In this document: one piece after another, positions 12,745-26,269 of the stretch
Numbering within the stretch: the stretch's first letter is position 1
Layout: each line of letters begins with the position of its first letter
Origin: Camelus dromedarius
Lineage: Eukaryota
Direction of reading: 5' to 3'
Assembly: GCF_036321535.1 (NCBI RefSeq)
Contig: NC_087455.1
Location: 9,486,001-9,550,000, forward strand
Length of the DNA stretch: 64,000 bases
The notes under the pieces: model-generated
What the model saw: the letters and a program-made list of their open reading frames with translations, nothing else
Databases searched by the model: none
Told to the model about the DNA's origin: nothing
Program-made: the position numbers and the translations under genes

Positions 12745-12930
12745 TTAAAGCCTCAACTTTGGAGTCAGCAGCTCTAGGATTCAAGTCCTGGTCTGCTCTG
12801 CCTTCGAACTCTCTGGACCTCAAGTTCTACATCTGGAAATAAGAGATAGACACCCAGTGTCCACTTCACAGGTTGTTGTGAGGAATAAATGCAGTAATGT
12901 GTGACATTCATAGTACAATGGTGCGTTCAT
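12745..12930 (+). mobile_element. MIR SINE
   Basis: tttggagtcagcagctctaggattcaagtcctgg...catctggaaataagagatag...ggttgttgtgaggaataaatg. Confidence 0.75.
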
Positions 12931-13484
12931 GGTGAGCCTACAATTTACCTTCAAATAAGGAAACAAACACCCACTGCAAAGAAACACCAGAGCAATTTCT
13001 TTGGGCCCAGCCCGTTCTCTGACAGTGTCCAGGGTGGAAAGATACCATAATCTCGCTCTGTTGCAAAGTTGGCAGGAAGGGCAGGAAGCCAGCGGTGTAA
13101 CTGTCCTGGTCACCCTTGTAATGGGGAAGAGCATTGGGAGAGTGATAGATCGATGAGAAAGGAGAAGTCAGTGAGGCCTGACATCTAAAAAAAGCCTCAA
13201 GCATGGACAGAGAGGAACTGGGGTGTCAGCCATGATTGCTGACTAGGGTGTCTTTTAATAGGGGCCAAATTCCAGGAAAGAGCCTCTTGAGCGAGGAAGT
13301 TCCCTGAACCCATGTCCTGAAGTATTTCCGTGGCAGATTTTGAAAGCAACTCTCTCTGGCTGGTTGTGATATCTTGTGTAGTAATATCTCTTTTGTCAGT
13401 TTTATAAGGCTGAATAAAAACCCAACAATCTTGACTAATATTTACTAAGAACTTGCTGTCTGCCAGATGATTATTAAACATTTT

Positions 13485-13630
13485 AAAGAAATTCATTCAG
13501 TGAAGATACACTTGCTTCACATCTGTGATGTCCCAATGCTGGGAATATAGCAGTGAAACACAGACCATACCCCAGTCTTCATAGAGCCGACTTCTCAGGG
13601 CACTCAACCTGCAGCAGGTGCAAATTTGAA
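13485..13630 (-). mobile_element. L2 tail
   Basis: attcattcag...gctgggaatatagcagtgaaacacagaccataccccagtcttcatagagc. Confidence 0.6.
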
Positions 13631-14159
13631 AAGAAAATAAAAAAATAAATACTTAGATAGTCATAGAGATCTTTCCACATTAGGCCAGATAAAATGTGCT
13701 GTATAAACCCACATAGGATTTCCACTGTATCTATTTTTTTTACCCATTGCCTTATGGATGATAAGGTGGGTTTTTAGTCTTTCATTACCACTAGCAATAT
13801 TACAGTTAGCGTCCTTGGAGACTATTTCTTTGCACGCCATTTTGGATGTTCGTTGTCGGATATCAGATCAGCCTCCCTTTTCCATAAGAAAGGGGCCGTG
13901 TTTGCTGGAGAGTAGTTTTATCAGCCTGCTTTGTTCCCATAGAAAGTTCCAGACACCTTCTTCATTTTGAACTATCTCTGTCATGTGTCGTCCTAGGTAG
14001 AAAAATTTCATTATAAATGTTATTTTATTTTTTTAGACAAAGACCATACCCACATATCTCTTTGAGGCAGGTCCTTTCCACCTTGGGTTCTTGGGGACAG
14101 TGTCCTTGTGATTCTTAGAAGCCTCTTTCTCTCCTTAAGAGCATCTGTCAGGCATCACT

Positions 14160-14470
14160 TTAAATCTTTGTTCCCATCAAAAGGTTTGTGATATAAATCT
14201 TGACATTTCTTGTTAGTTTATTTTTCCTACGTTGTAAATGAGATTCTCTTGCATTATGCCTTCTCACTGGTGGTGGTTTGTACGTATGAAGCTCTTCGGT
14301 GGTTTCACTGTGTTGTCCTACTAACCCTCATAGTTGTTCAGGTGATTCCTTTGGGTTTTTTGGATACATACTCATAATGCATATAAATAATGCTATTCTT
14401 GCCTCTTCCTTTAAGTTGAGCCCTTAATTTACTCTTTTCCTAAGTCAGTCTTGTCCATTGATGTTGGGGG
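14160..14470 (-). mobile_element. Old L1 ORF2 fragment
   Basis: gttgtaaatgagattctcttgcattatg...gtgattcctttgggttttttggatacatactcataatgcatataaataatg matches antisense L1 RT-region text. Confidence 0.6.
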
Positions 14471-14877
14471 CAGAGCACAGCTAGGACTGGGGGATAAGTA
14501 GCGTCAAATTGACTTAACTGTGGGGAGAGATGTGACGTAGAAGCTGGAATCCACGCAAAACTGGAGGACATGGGATTCTACCAAGATCCTACTACTTGGA
14601 AGTAAATCGTTACGTGGTTTGGAACAGCTTGGATGCCTTGAAAAACCTCCCGTACATAGAGGGTGACTCTGGCAAGTTGCAGGGCTGGGGTTTCTTTCGT
14701 TTGTGTTTTGCATAAGTCTATCACTAAGCTTTTCGCACTGTATTGCAATCATTGGCTCCGTTGTCATTCATTTTTTTTCAATCATCATCTGCTCAACTGT
14801 ACAGTGAGCTCCTTGATGGCAGGAGTTTGCTTTCTTCCTTTCCACAACCCCAGTTACCAGCAGAATGTCTGGGAGAG

Positions 14878-14919
14878 TGTAGGAAGGAATAGGCAGAATG
14901 TGGGAAGGAATAGGCAGAG
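14878..14919. repeat. 21-bp tandem duplication (tgtRggaaggaataggcagaR x2) inside an L2 tail
   Basis: tgtaggaaggaataggcagaa / tgtgggaaggaataggcagag. Confidence 0.85.
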
Positions 14920-17279
14920 ATAAAGTCCTGCCTTTTTGGTGGTTGTTGAATGAATGAGAAAATAGAGTCATGACTCCACTGGGTTTCTCATGCCCCCAAA
15001 CGGAAGGACTGAATGAGGCTGAGACTTCACTTCTCCTTCCCTGGGTTCAGCGTTGAGGAAGCCAGTGGGGCAAACGAGCTGGCTTAGTTCCTCTGTCGGA
15101 CTTCCTTTCTTCTTTCGGGATGGATGATTTGGTTGAGACATGATTTAGCAAGAATGTCTCCTTTACATTTTTCTCAGGAACTACTAATTCTTCTGAATGG
15201 TGAATCAGGAATGCACCCTTTTCTTTCTTTTTTTTAAGAACCGTAAGCAGGTTTTTGCAGATCTGATTTACTAACAGTACTGTTGATCCAAAACTGTTGG
15301 TCCTCTCTAGGGAATAATGTCAGCATTAGTCAGGAGTGGAACGTCAGCTGTGGAAGTGATGTGTCGGAAAGGATTCCCTCTCCTGCCATTCAGAATTCAT
15401 CACGTAATGATGTTGCAATTACATAACCATCTCTGAATAGTTTACACACGCACCCCTCTATACGTATATATATATACTGAGTTCTTATGCATTTCATCAA
15501 AAAATAGACCTACCTGATTTCATTTAATTTGTCATTTTTCTCCACCAGAGAGACCCAATCATTGAGCCCCTTTGACGCCTTGTAGATTAACCATCCAACT
15601 TGTAGGTGATGAATATACATCGCATCTTTTATGTCAAACGTGACTGACTGCTAATGGCTGTGTTATGCCGGGGATTGCCGCATTTTGAAGGCTACTGAGA
15701 TTGTATCTGGGACTAACGCAGAAACAGTTCTGCTATGGTTGTGGGAAGAAGGAAGTAAAGCTCATATGCCCTGTGTTTTTTAACCTTTGATATTATAACA
15801 CTTGAGGACAGAAAATGTTTCCTGACTCAAAATCACCCGTCCCCCAATCTTTTGGCCACTTTGGTCCATAACGACGTCATTCTTTCCCAGAATTCTTGTG
15901 GCAGGTGCTGCCTGACCCATTCATTCACAGCTTTCTGAGGTTTTTTAGTGGTCTGGTCAAGGGTGCATACTTTGTCTCCCCAAGTGGATGGTGCTGGAAG
16001 TGGATTTCAGATGACTCAGAGAGAATCATCACTTTGCCATCTAATGGTGTATTCACTGGAACAAGTTATTTAAGACCAGTTTACTCCTAGTTTACTCTTC
16101 TCACATAACTGTGAAGATTAATGAGATAATGTCGGTGTTTAGTTCACAATAGGCTCTCAAGGAATGTTGTCATGGTCATTTTGAAAGAATGCAATGACCT
16201 CCAGCCTTGCAAGTGTTGATTGCATCCTGTTTGAATGGCAGCTGCAAACGAAGAGGAAATACTATCCAGGAGAGGGTGCTTTAGCTCACGATCTTTGATT
16301 ATTCTGGTTCATTATATGAGGTCATTGGTAAAGTGGCAGATAAAGTTGTGTAATCTCGTTCCACGGGTCCAGTTGTCCCGATGGAGAGGGGAATGTATCA
16401 GGCTATCTGAGTTCTATTAAGCATTCAATACCCTAACCCTTTTACATTTGATTACTAAGCTATCTGCTGATTATGATCTCTGCTCTTATATAGGAAGAAA
16501 ATAGTCCTATGATGGGACTTATGTGGGAATAGTCTTATATGAGTGTTCTGGCCACCATGACAATTATTTGTAGTTGTAATTTGCTGAATTTGCAAAAGTA
16601 GGACAGGCTGATCATGAAAAGGTGAATATTATAGTTCCCATAATGGAAATTTCTCATTATGAATTAATCAGTTGTCATTCCAGCAGTGTCACCTACTAGG
16701 CTCTTGTGGAGCCCTGAATGACAGAGCCTCTTTTAAAAAAATAAACCTACAAAGATGACGAGATTCTGAGTTATGGTGACTTTACTGAGGTGCTAAGTGC
16801 AGCAGTGTGAGGTATGCTGTAGGTCACACTGTTGCCTTTCCCCCTTAATTTGCCCAACATAGCCATTGGCAGGATTTACTGAGATTCTTTTCTTGGAATG
16901 TCTACAGGTCAGAACTCCATGAGGTCATGGACTATGAATTTGCTGTCTCTGTGCATTTATTTTCTCCTTCTGAATGGCAGGAGAGGGGATATTTACCTTC
17001 TCCCAGAAGCATGGGAGGATATGAGAATCAAAACTAATAATGGGTTCAGTGTTCCCAGGATACTTTGGAAATACAGTAGTGAATAAGATGGACAAATCCT
17101 TGCTTTTATGAAGCTTCTATTCTAAGAGGGATGGAGCTGGAGGTATTTTGCATTTTCTAGAATATTCTACCAATGAAGCTCTTATTAGAACTCATCTTTC
17201 ATGACTCAGATCCAATTTTGGATATGTGATGCCATCTCTGACTCTCCCAGGGAAACAGAAATCCTTTCTGTGCTTTCAC

Positions 17280-17460
17280 AAAACCTCATACTTCTTTTGA
17301 ACAGAACAGGCCAATTCCATATTTTGATTATCTATTTACGTGCCTTTCTTCGCTATTACTTTGTAATTTCATTAAAGGTAAGAACTCTGCCTGGTTCTTA
17401 TTAAATCACTGGCACCGAACACAGTTCTGGACACATAGTAGATACTATGACTTGTTTGCA
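17280..17460 (+). mobile_element. L2 tail
   Basis: aggtaagaactctgcctgg...cactggcaccgaacacagttctggacacatagtagatact. Confidence 0.6.
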
Positions 17461-18524
17461 GTACAGTTTAAGGGTGAGATTTCAGTCCTGCTATGGTCAG
17501 TGACCAAACTATTTCCAAATCATGCCAACCAGTCATCGTTTCTCTCAGAGGATTTTACATAAGGAACACATAGAAATTGAAATATTGTTGAATACGGCTG
17601 AATAAGAACTCACTTGCCCTCAGTAGAGGGTCCTCTGGCCAAAACTGGAATGAAGTAGATGACTTATTAGAGTTGAGGCCAACATGGAATTTCTTCTGCT
17701 CTCACCCGCATTCCATCACTCACACGCTAAATTCAAATGTGAGGAGTAGGGTATTCATCTGTGTCTAGAGAAAGGCAAAAGGTCAGGCTCCAGGAAGATC
17801 CCTGGGCTCAAATACCCACCTTGCCAGATAGAATGAATGGAAGAGAGAAGAGAGTAGCTCACCAGCCACAAGTGACCTGCACCATCTTAGGTGTGAGACT
17901 TAAAAGGCTTTAAAGAGTAGCGGCCCCCGAATGGTATGATTTCAACCGGCATCCCACATAACTACAGCTGCTCATGGCCGATGGCTCTGATAAGTCTCCA
18001 GCCACATTAGCCGAACATTCTTGCCAGTGCCAGATCCCTCTGAATGAACCACTTGAGATCCTCTTGGCATTGCCCTTTTCAGGATATCTGGCCGCTTAGT
18101 TTAACCAAGCCATAGTGTGGCAGCCAGTTCTGGGTGGGCTCCTACCAACTTCACCTGCCATAACCCAACAGTGCCTCACCTCATGCCCCACCTGCCCTCC
18201 TCTTGCCTCCTGCTTCTGGGTTCCCCTTGGAACCAGAGACCCTGTGGAACACAAAGCTGGAAGATAAATTCTTCCTCCACTCACTCACCATTCTAGGATG
18301 CAGTCTTTCATGCAGCCTCTCCTAGCTCAGTCCCAGAAGACCCATCCTTCAGTTGTGCTTGATACCAAACGGTGGCCGGCTCAGTAATGGTTTATTGGCT
18401 GTCTTTCCTTTCCCGGCTTAAGCTTTGGGGAGCTATGAAAGAAGCAAGTCTAGCTTGGGAAGAGAAAGTTAGATTACCCTCCCCCTAGAGTAGGTTAATT
18501 AATTAATGATAAGAACAATATTTA

Positions 18525-18706
18525 ACGTAGTTCCTGAACTTATCTGCACGTTAGAACTGCCTCGGGATCTTTAAAAACTTTTAAATTGCAAGCTACCCTC
18601 AGACTATTCCAATCACAGTCTGGGGGGAGTGTTGAGACCCAGGCAGTGACATTTTTTTAAGCTCTCCAGTGATTCCAGTGTGCAGAAAAGCCAGGGAACC
18701 ACTGAG
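18525..18706. mobile_element. MER5B-type hAT-Charlie MITE
   Basis: gtagttcctgaacttatctgcacgttagaactgcctcgggatc...taagctctccagtgattccagtgtgcag...gggaaccactg. Confidence 0.7.
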
Positions 18707-19369
18707 CTCAGTGATAACAGAAATAAACCAAAATAAATAATTTATTACAAATTTTAATCAAAATATTATTGTTCAAAAATTATGATGAGCATATAAATTC
18801 ACCATCTTTACATATGATGTGAGGGGAAATATACTGACCACTGACTTAAAAAAAAGTTAGAAAAGGAACATATGTGTCTGCACAAAGCCTTGAGCCACTG
18901 CACAATGATGTCTGTCCTTGAGTGTCTGTTCAGGGTGACCTTTGCCATGGACAAAGGAAGGGCTGATTGAGAAATCTAAGTGCCTTAGGGTATCTGTGGC
19001 TTTCTTTAACATTTGGAAATGTCCACTTTGACTCACCTCCTATACTTGGCATTCAGGAGAGCAATCTTCATTAAAAATCAGTTGATAACATCTCTTGCCC
19101 AGGTCATCTACTTTTAAGTCTCCATGGCAGCTGGCTGTGCTAAAGAAGACATTTTAAAGCTGCATGTGTGAGAAAAAAAAGAGGCAGAAGTAAAACAGAG
19201 TTTGAAGATGACATTTTATATTTGTGCACAGGTAAGGACTGAGGGGAAGAAAGGTCATTTTATCCACCCTACTGCCTTTATGGAGCCCTGAGCCTAACCA
19301 TAATTTATCTAATACTTAATGCTTCAGATGCAAAGAATTCATATCATTCAGAGACTTAATTATTGAGCT

Positions 19370-20340
19370 TGAAGTCAGCATGAGAGTAAAAAGAATTTAG
19401 GCTTTAAAATAAGTAAAAGCAGGGCTCAAATGTAGACTTTTTTCTACTCATTAGACTCGTAAATTTGTGCAAAATTATTTAAAATCTTCAACCCTGTTTC
19501 ATCATCTTGAAAAATGGTGAAGGATTACATCCAATAGTATTGTTTGGAAGACTACTTGAAACAGTGGGGATAAATCAGCCCAGGACATAGTACAGCTAAG
19601 CAGCAGTTCATTCTCTCCTCCCTTTGGTCACTCTTTCCCCCAGCTCCCATGACTCATAAGAATGACTTGATGAATTTGCAAAGTTGTCTTCGGACAATAT
19701 GATCTTTGCACAACTAAATATGGAATGATGTGTTTTTTATGCTGCTTAAAATAATTTCTCAGCATTATAGTTGGTATGCGCAGTAGGATGTAGTGAAAAG
19801 AGCCCAGTGCCTGGCACAAATGTTTCTGAATCAATGAATGAAAGTGTATTGCGTTGGAACTTATGAGATGTGGGATCAAGTCCGATGACTACTAAGCTGC
19901 GGGACATAGAGCAAGTCATTGCCAGTCTCCTGATAGCGTTTTCCTCATCTGGGAGACGAGAGAGTTGGAGAAAACATCTCTACTGTTTTCAGCTGTAAAA
20001 TTCTGAGATGTAGTTAATATGTGAGCCCTGCGTTTCCTGTAACTGAACCTTGCTCATCCGTCAGATGGGGCATCACTGTTGTATTGCAGCTAGGTCTTTG
20101 CCCTCTGCCTAGACGTCCCGGTCTTCCATGTGGGCGGTGGTCGGGGTAGAAGTTGACAGCTCAGGCTCTGGAGCCAACCTGCCTGGGCATAAGGTCAGGT
20201 CTTTGACTGCCCGGCAGTGTGACCTCAAGCAAGTTATTCACCTTTTCTGTGTCTCAGTTTTCTCATCTGTCAAATGAGGGCGATGATATTTGTCTTTGCC
20301 TTAAAAGGTTGTTAGAATAATTAACTAGGTCAGTCCTCCT
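19370..20340 (+). mobile_element. Cluster of three MIR copies (~19370-19610, 19865-20010, 20140-20340)
   Basis: Each has the MIR core (caagttatt/caagtcatt...cagtttt/gttttcctcatctg...aatg). Confidence 0.65.
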
Positions 20341-20934
20341 GAAGCACATGGCAGCTTCAGAAGTGTTAACCCTCAGTCCTACGTTTTATCTCTTGGTCTC
20401 TGGCACAGAGCCCGATGTCCGGTGACTCTAAACAGCAAATATTTGTTGGACAAATGAATGAATCATTTAAAAATATGCCCGCAGCGTGTGTGTGCCTTAT
20501 GCAAAGTATGTGATTTCTGATATGAAAGAGATAATCAGGACTCAGGAATTCCTGACAATCCTGAGAATTCTTGAGTCTGGAAGGCATGCTGAAGGTCAGG
20601 AGTTTCCCTTCTGACAGCTTGCCGTGGTGCTGTTTGGAAAGAGTCAGTCTATAAGGAAAAAGTGTGGAATTTGGACTCTCGGCTGTTCCACTTATGTTCG
20701 GTGTCTTCATCAGGTTTGTCTTGAGAAAGATCTGTGTACGGGGAGGGAAGAGCATGTCATACTAGGTAGGACCTACGGGTGCACCACTTTCCTGAATGGG
20801 ACGTGCCTTATCGCTCCTCTTTCCTAGCTCTTCTCTCCCAGTTCTTTTGGTTGCCAGCTGCCCCACAGGTTATCAGTTTCTAGTCTAAATATGAGGCTTC
20901 ATGAACATGTACAGTTTGGAGGGGTCAAAAAGTC

Positions 20935-21160
20935 TCTTTAAAAATGGTCTTATAGTGACATAACTCACATGCTGTATAGCTCACATATTTAATGTGTACA
21001 GCCCAATGATTTTTAATGTATTCACAGAGTTGTACAATCATCACCACAATCAGTTTTAGAATACTTTTGACCCCCCAAAAGAATCCCTATGCTTATTAAC
21101 AGAGGTTCCCCATTTTAGGCAACAGTTCTCTAACCAACTGCTCTCTAATTCTTCTATAAA
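20935..21160 (-). mobile_element. L1MB-type 3' end
   Basis: taatgtgtacagcccaatgatttttaatgtattcacagagttgtacaatcatcaccacaatcagttttagaatac. Confidence 0.75.
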
Positions 21161-22059
21161 GTGCTCCAGGAACATAAACCCTCGGTAAGTCATCCAATAT
21201 TTTTTGAAACTGCTATGAGTGCTGAAACTACTCTCCCAGGCTCCTGTGATAGGGAGATGACCAAGAGAAGCAAGCCATCCCAGCTCTCAGTGGCCTCAGG
21301 TTCTGTACTTGGGTCTGTAGATCAGCCCCACGTTGAAAACAAAGCAGACAAGCCCTATGTTAGTAACAGAAAGGAGCAGGAAGGCGTATTTGCTACATTC
21401 CTACTGTGTGCCAGGCTGTCTGCCAGCTCACTCAGCTTGTAAGTGGTGGACTGGCATCTGTCTGGCTTCAAAGCCTGTATTCATAAAAGGAGAGTGTGAC
21501 AGATAAAAACTCAGTTGAATAAGACTACCAGAAGTTTCACTTTCCCCAGCTGTGCAAATCCCTGGATTTGCTGGATCGCAAGCCAGCTGCCTTCTAAAAC
21601 ATTACTTCCTGTTGTTTCCAACAAAAATATAAGGTAAACAACCGCAAGACCCTTGATCACCAGTGCCAATGTATGGGCTTTCTGCCCTGGATACAATCAG
21701 CTTAACCAGTGCATCTTTGTTAGTGGAATTATGGGGGTGGGACTGGGGAGAGGATAGTCAAAGGGTAATTAAAGTGACTTACATTTCTCTCTTTTCCTGC
21801 CATAATCCCGAGGATTTGAATTCTCCAACAAATCAAATTCAGTTTGAGTTTTAACCTTCTTACATGAAAAGCCAGGTTTAAAAATAGCTGTTCATGCTCC
21901 GATGATTGTAAACAAACATGGGAGTATGGAGTCGGCTGAAGGGCAACAGACATTACATCTCCCTGCAGGAATGTGGAATTTAATATAAACGGAGTAACTT
22001 TCGTACATATGTGCTATGTCTTTGCTCTGTATTGCCAGCAGGGTTCTTTGGGGGAAATA

Positions 22060-22520
22060 ATCACCATAAAATGTTAGAGCTGAAAAGGGCTGTAGAAATC
22101 GTGTAGACTCACTGCTTTGTTTTAGAAATGGGGGAACTTATACCAAGGAAAGGGCAGTGGTTGCATATCTAGTTAGTAGGGGAGACAAGGGGAAAATGTA
22201 GTTCTCCAGTCTCTCTAGTGATATTTTAAAAAATACGGAAAATGCATTGAAACACCTGTGAGCTTATTTCCTGATGAACTGAGATGCCGTGAAGGATGGT
22301 TTAGGGCAATGGGTTTGGGACTGAGGGACTTGAACTTGAATCTCAGCCCTGCCATTTACCATATGGTGGATTTGAACAAGTTGATGAACTTTTCTAAGCT
22401 TTAATTTGCTTTTCTGGCAAAAAAAAAAAAAAAAAAAAAAGTATAGTGTCTTCTGTATCAAGTTGTTGGAATGGTTAAATAGGATAAAAAAGTAAATCTG
22501 ATAGCTTGTATTTGATGTTT
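22060..22520. mobile_element. Two MIR fragments in opposite orientation, one with an expanded A-tract (22418-22440)
   Basis: gctttgttttagaaatgggggaact... (-) and gaacttgaatctcagccctgccatttacc...ttgaacaagttg (+). Confidence 0.55.
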
Positions 22521-22984
22521 AATAAGCGTCCCTTTTCTTCTCTTCCCACTCTTCCTTTTCTCTTCATTCCGGATGTTTTCCATGCCTTCTCACATGTCTT
22601 GGGGTCCTTAAGTAGATCCATGGCTACTTTCTGAGAACAGTAATGCCACCTTCTACAACGTGGACCAGGAGTGCTCTTAAATCTTTACTGTAGCTGCTCC
22701 CATTGGTTGGGTAACTACTGCATTCCAGGAACTTTATACATGATTTATGACCTTCATTATGTCATTGAAAACTGGTTACTATTTTTGCCACCTTATGAAT
22801 GAAGAAAATGATATTCAGAGAGGATAGTCAAACTCAAGATCCCACAACTTGATTTCTAGTCCTTGAAACCCATGCTCATTTCTGCACTGAGGCTGTCTCA
22901 CTAAGGCTATGATTACAGACCTGTTTATTTTTTAAAATACTCGGCATGATATCCTAGAAAAAAACTGAAGTTTAGAAAAAAATA

Positions 22985-23205
22985 TCAGTCTTCGAATCTG
23001 AGTGCGGAATTCAAACCATATCTCTGCCATATGTAAGCTCTGTGGCACTGGGAATTTTACTTCAATTCCCTCTGCTCCCTAGTCCTCACTTGAGGTGGAC
23101 TGATAATTACATTAACCGCAAAGACAATAAAAACTGTGGAGGGATGACTGAATGAAAGATGATTTGTACAGCATTTTTAGCACAGTGCTGGGGATCAAGG
23201 CCACG
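22985..23205 (+). mobile_element. MIR SINE
   Basis: ggaattcaaaccatatctctgccatatgtaagctctgtggcactggg...ttgtacagcatttttagcacagtgctggg. Confidence 0.65.
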
Positions 23206-23801
23206 CATTTATGCCATCACCTTGCCCTCTGCACACTTGGCCTGTGGAGATTAGATTATTGTTCTTACAGTGACCGCGTGGAAGAGAAGTGCTTTATCTT
23301 CTCCCCTGCAGTGTCAGTCTTGCCTGCCTGCCTCTCATAAACACAGCTAAGACTTCGACATGGAGAAGGCAATTTTGAGGGATCAATTCATCTTCTTTCC
23401 TTGAGATTTTCTAGACTTTTTTTTTTTCTTAAATCCAGGTGTATGTTCCTAGGTTTCTAGTGGATTGACTTGCCTTGACAGAGCAATAGCAGAGACACAC
23501 GTGGACACTTGGGAATGACGCTTTATGGGGTAGAGTGGGGGCTGCTGTGGAGGACATCATTTGCGCTGCTCCAAACCTCCTCTGTGAAGACCACCCCTCA
23601 CTGATAAATTCATCTCAGAGTTTCGGGCCATAAAATAACAACAAGAAAGATACTATTTCCTCCAATGAATCATATGGGTATTCATATGGACAGTGAGTCA
23701 TAGGATTCATCATTTTTTTTTTCTCGTTTCCTTGGCTTTAAGTATTGTATACAGCTCTTGTATTGTCTTTAACTAAGCTGTCTGGATACAAAGTTTTTTC
23801 T

Positions 23802-23930
23802 NNNNNNNNNNNNNNNNNNNNNNNNNNNNNNNNNNNNNNNNNNNNNNNNNNNNNNNNNNNNNNNNNNNNNNNNNNNNNNNNNNNNNNNNNNNNNNNNNNN
23901 NNNNNNNNNNNNNNNNNNNNNNNNNNNNNN
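23802..23930. other. Assembly gap, 129 N
   Basis: Directly visible; flanks are not L1; preceded by a T-tract. Confidence 0.95.
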
Positions 23931-24274
23931 TCAATCTGACTGCTTTTATTATAAGCTATCTCAAACAACTCCCCATCAGAAATAAAGAAGTAGATGTGGA
24001 CTAGGTAGATAAATAGCCATTTCACGATTCTGGTGAAAAGCACTGATATAATTAAAGCAAAAAAGTTAAAAAAAAAAAAGTCACAAACTTTTCTGTAAGT
24101 GCTCATGAAGCAGAAGGTATTATAATTATTATGACTCCTATTAATAATAGCAATGTACATATATACTTCACCCTGTTAGTTTACTTGATGTGAAGCTCAC
24201 CTATAAAATGCTATCCCCTTGCTTTTCTGTTGTCTAGCATCTCTGAGAGGCAGGAATAAGAAAAGAGAGCTGAG

Positions 24275-24395
24275 ATCAAGGTAAGTTCTCCGAGCTCAGA
24301 GATGGGGCCTTTCCTGGTCATTCTTAGGACTCTCCATCTAGGGCTGTCCTTGACACGGTAGATGCTCAAGAAATATTTGTTGAACGGATGAATAA
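24275..24395 (+). mobile_element. L2 tail
   Basis: gtaagttctccgagctcagagatgg...gacacggtagatgctcaagaaatatttgttgaacggatgaat. Confidence 0.65.
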
Positions 24396-26269
24396 TAATG
24401 ACGGCTTGACGTGTGTCCTCATTGTATAGTGGACATTGTGTTCATGTATTTACATGGATTAGTGTATTTAACTTTTATAACAATCTTATGAGTAAGGAGC
24501 TTAGAAGATTATTACTACCTTTTACAGATGAAGAAATTGAAGCACAAGGTTAAGTAGCCCCATGGTAGGATGTGGCAGTCTACACTTTAAGCGCAGGTAG
24601 AATGAAGGAATAAAGAAAGAGGTGAATGAAGAAATAAAGAATTTATTTCCCTTGTGGCACTGGGTATAAATTGATTGAGAATATGAAGGGGTCTTGATCA
24701 AATGGACCCACACCAATTATAAATAATTACTTAATATATGTGGTCCCTGGTGGATAGCAGGTGACCCAGTGATGGGAATTCCTGTGGGCAGAGGTGTTCC
24801 TGGGGGTGTCAGAAATAAAACTGAATTGTCAAAAATAAGTCCCCTGATGTGTCAAATTTCATACAACATCTTCTTTATCAGCCTGGATTTTTATGAATCT
24901 GCTACACATGCACCAATTTTTACCTGTAAGTTTCTTCAGTGCAATACTTACTGGTCCTTTCTTTTTTTCTGTTGCCACCATCTCTGTGAAACTAGGGGAT
25001 TTTAGAGAAAACTAAAATTCATCTCAGAAATTATGAATCTTGTATAATTCATTTATTCAGGGGCCCATAAAAAGCATTAAAATTTAAGAGACTGATATAA
25101 AAATGAGTATAATTGCACCTGGATTGAGATTCCTTTCCATCCTGTGGCTCCGTTTTAATTTTACTGCCACTTAACTTGGCAGTGTTTAATTGGAGCTCTG
25201 AATACGGATCAGGGCAGCATGTGGGTTTACAGTAGGACATCCCCCTTTGTAAGTACCACATAGCCCCACTGGCATCCTCCTGTGCTGTGCAGGGAGCAAA
25301 GTGTCATTTAGAGAAGGAAGGGTAATTCAGATTTTCGCAGTCCTGGGGGTAGTCTGGGGGGACACTGTTTGCAGTGAACAAATGGAATTCATAGCAACCC
25401 TGCAAGTCCTCCCACCTTGTCACCTTGCCTTCGTGCCTGTGTCGTCAGTAACCCTGCAGAACATATTGTGTAAAAACATTTCCTGCTCTCGCAGATCCCC
25501 AAGCCATCTGGCAAATCTTTTGTCTATTGCTTTTACAAATGGCAGGCTGGCTCATGAGTAAATTGCTATGAGCGGGGAAAGAAACTGACAACAGTGAGTA
25601 CTCTTAGATCATTTGCTCTGTTAAGTGAGATAATATATGTTGTGCCTGGAGTACAGCAGGGAGTGAATTTCAGAGTGGCCTGGATGGTGAGGCATCTTTG
25701 AATCGTCATGTTAAGCAATGAAACATGTAGAGACCTTCTCAGTATCAATAAATATTCAAAGTTCTGTGATAATTTTGATTTGTAGCAAGGTGATAGGGCT
25801 AAAAACCTCAGCTCTACTGACCTTTACTTTATAAGGAGAACAGGTGCTAGTTCTCCCCAGCCATGTGTTTCTGACACTAGAAAAAGGGTCACAAGTGAAA
25901 TCAGAGGGTTTCCCTAACATCAAGATGTGAAACTGTTTTATTTCTTCCCAACATATTTCCTTAAAGTGAGCCTGGATTCCTTCAGGTACCTAACCTGCTT
26001 GCAGGGAGGTGAAGTCTTTTGCCATTTCCAGGGAAAGGCACTGTATGTGGTGCAAATGGGGTGCTCAAAGGAGGTGGACCTGGTGGAGCATTTCCCACCC
26101 ACCTGACCTGGGGATGCTGTTCACCCTGCAGGTCCTCTCCTGGTGACAAATGAAGGCAACCACAACCCCCGCTGGGCAGAAAGAAAGCTTCCCTGGCTTA
26201 GTCCATTATTAACTAGAGAAAGTACTAAACGGAACTTTCATGGAGATGCTGCAGTGGCCAAATAAGTAG

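Noticed and set aside
15600-15705. C/D-box-like motifs (gtgatga ... ctga)
   Set aside because: No terminal stem, no recognisable rRNA/snRNA guide and no known host gene; such motifs occur by chance
17890-18080. 61-codon open stretch on the minus strand
   Set aside because: No pyrimidine-tract acceptor, no early ATG, peptide not recognised
19040-19240. Overlapping exon-like intervals on both strands (129-nt + strand; donor gag|gtgagt on - strand)
   Set aside because: Stops in all three frames on both strands; typical pseudo-exons
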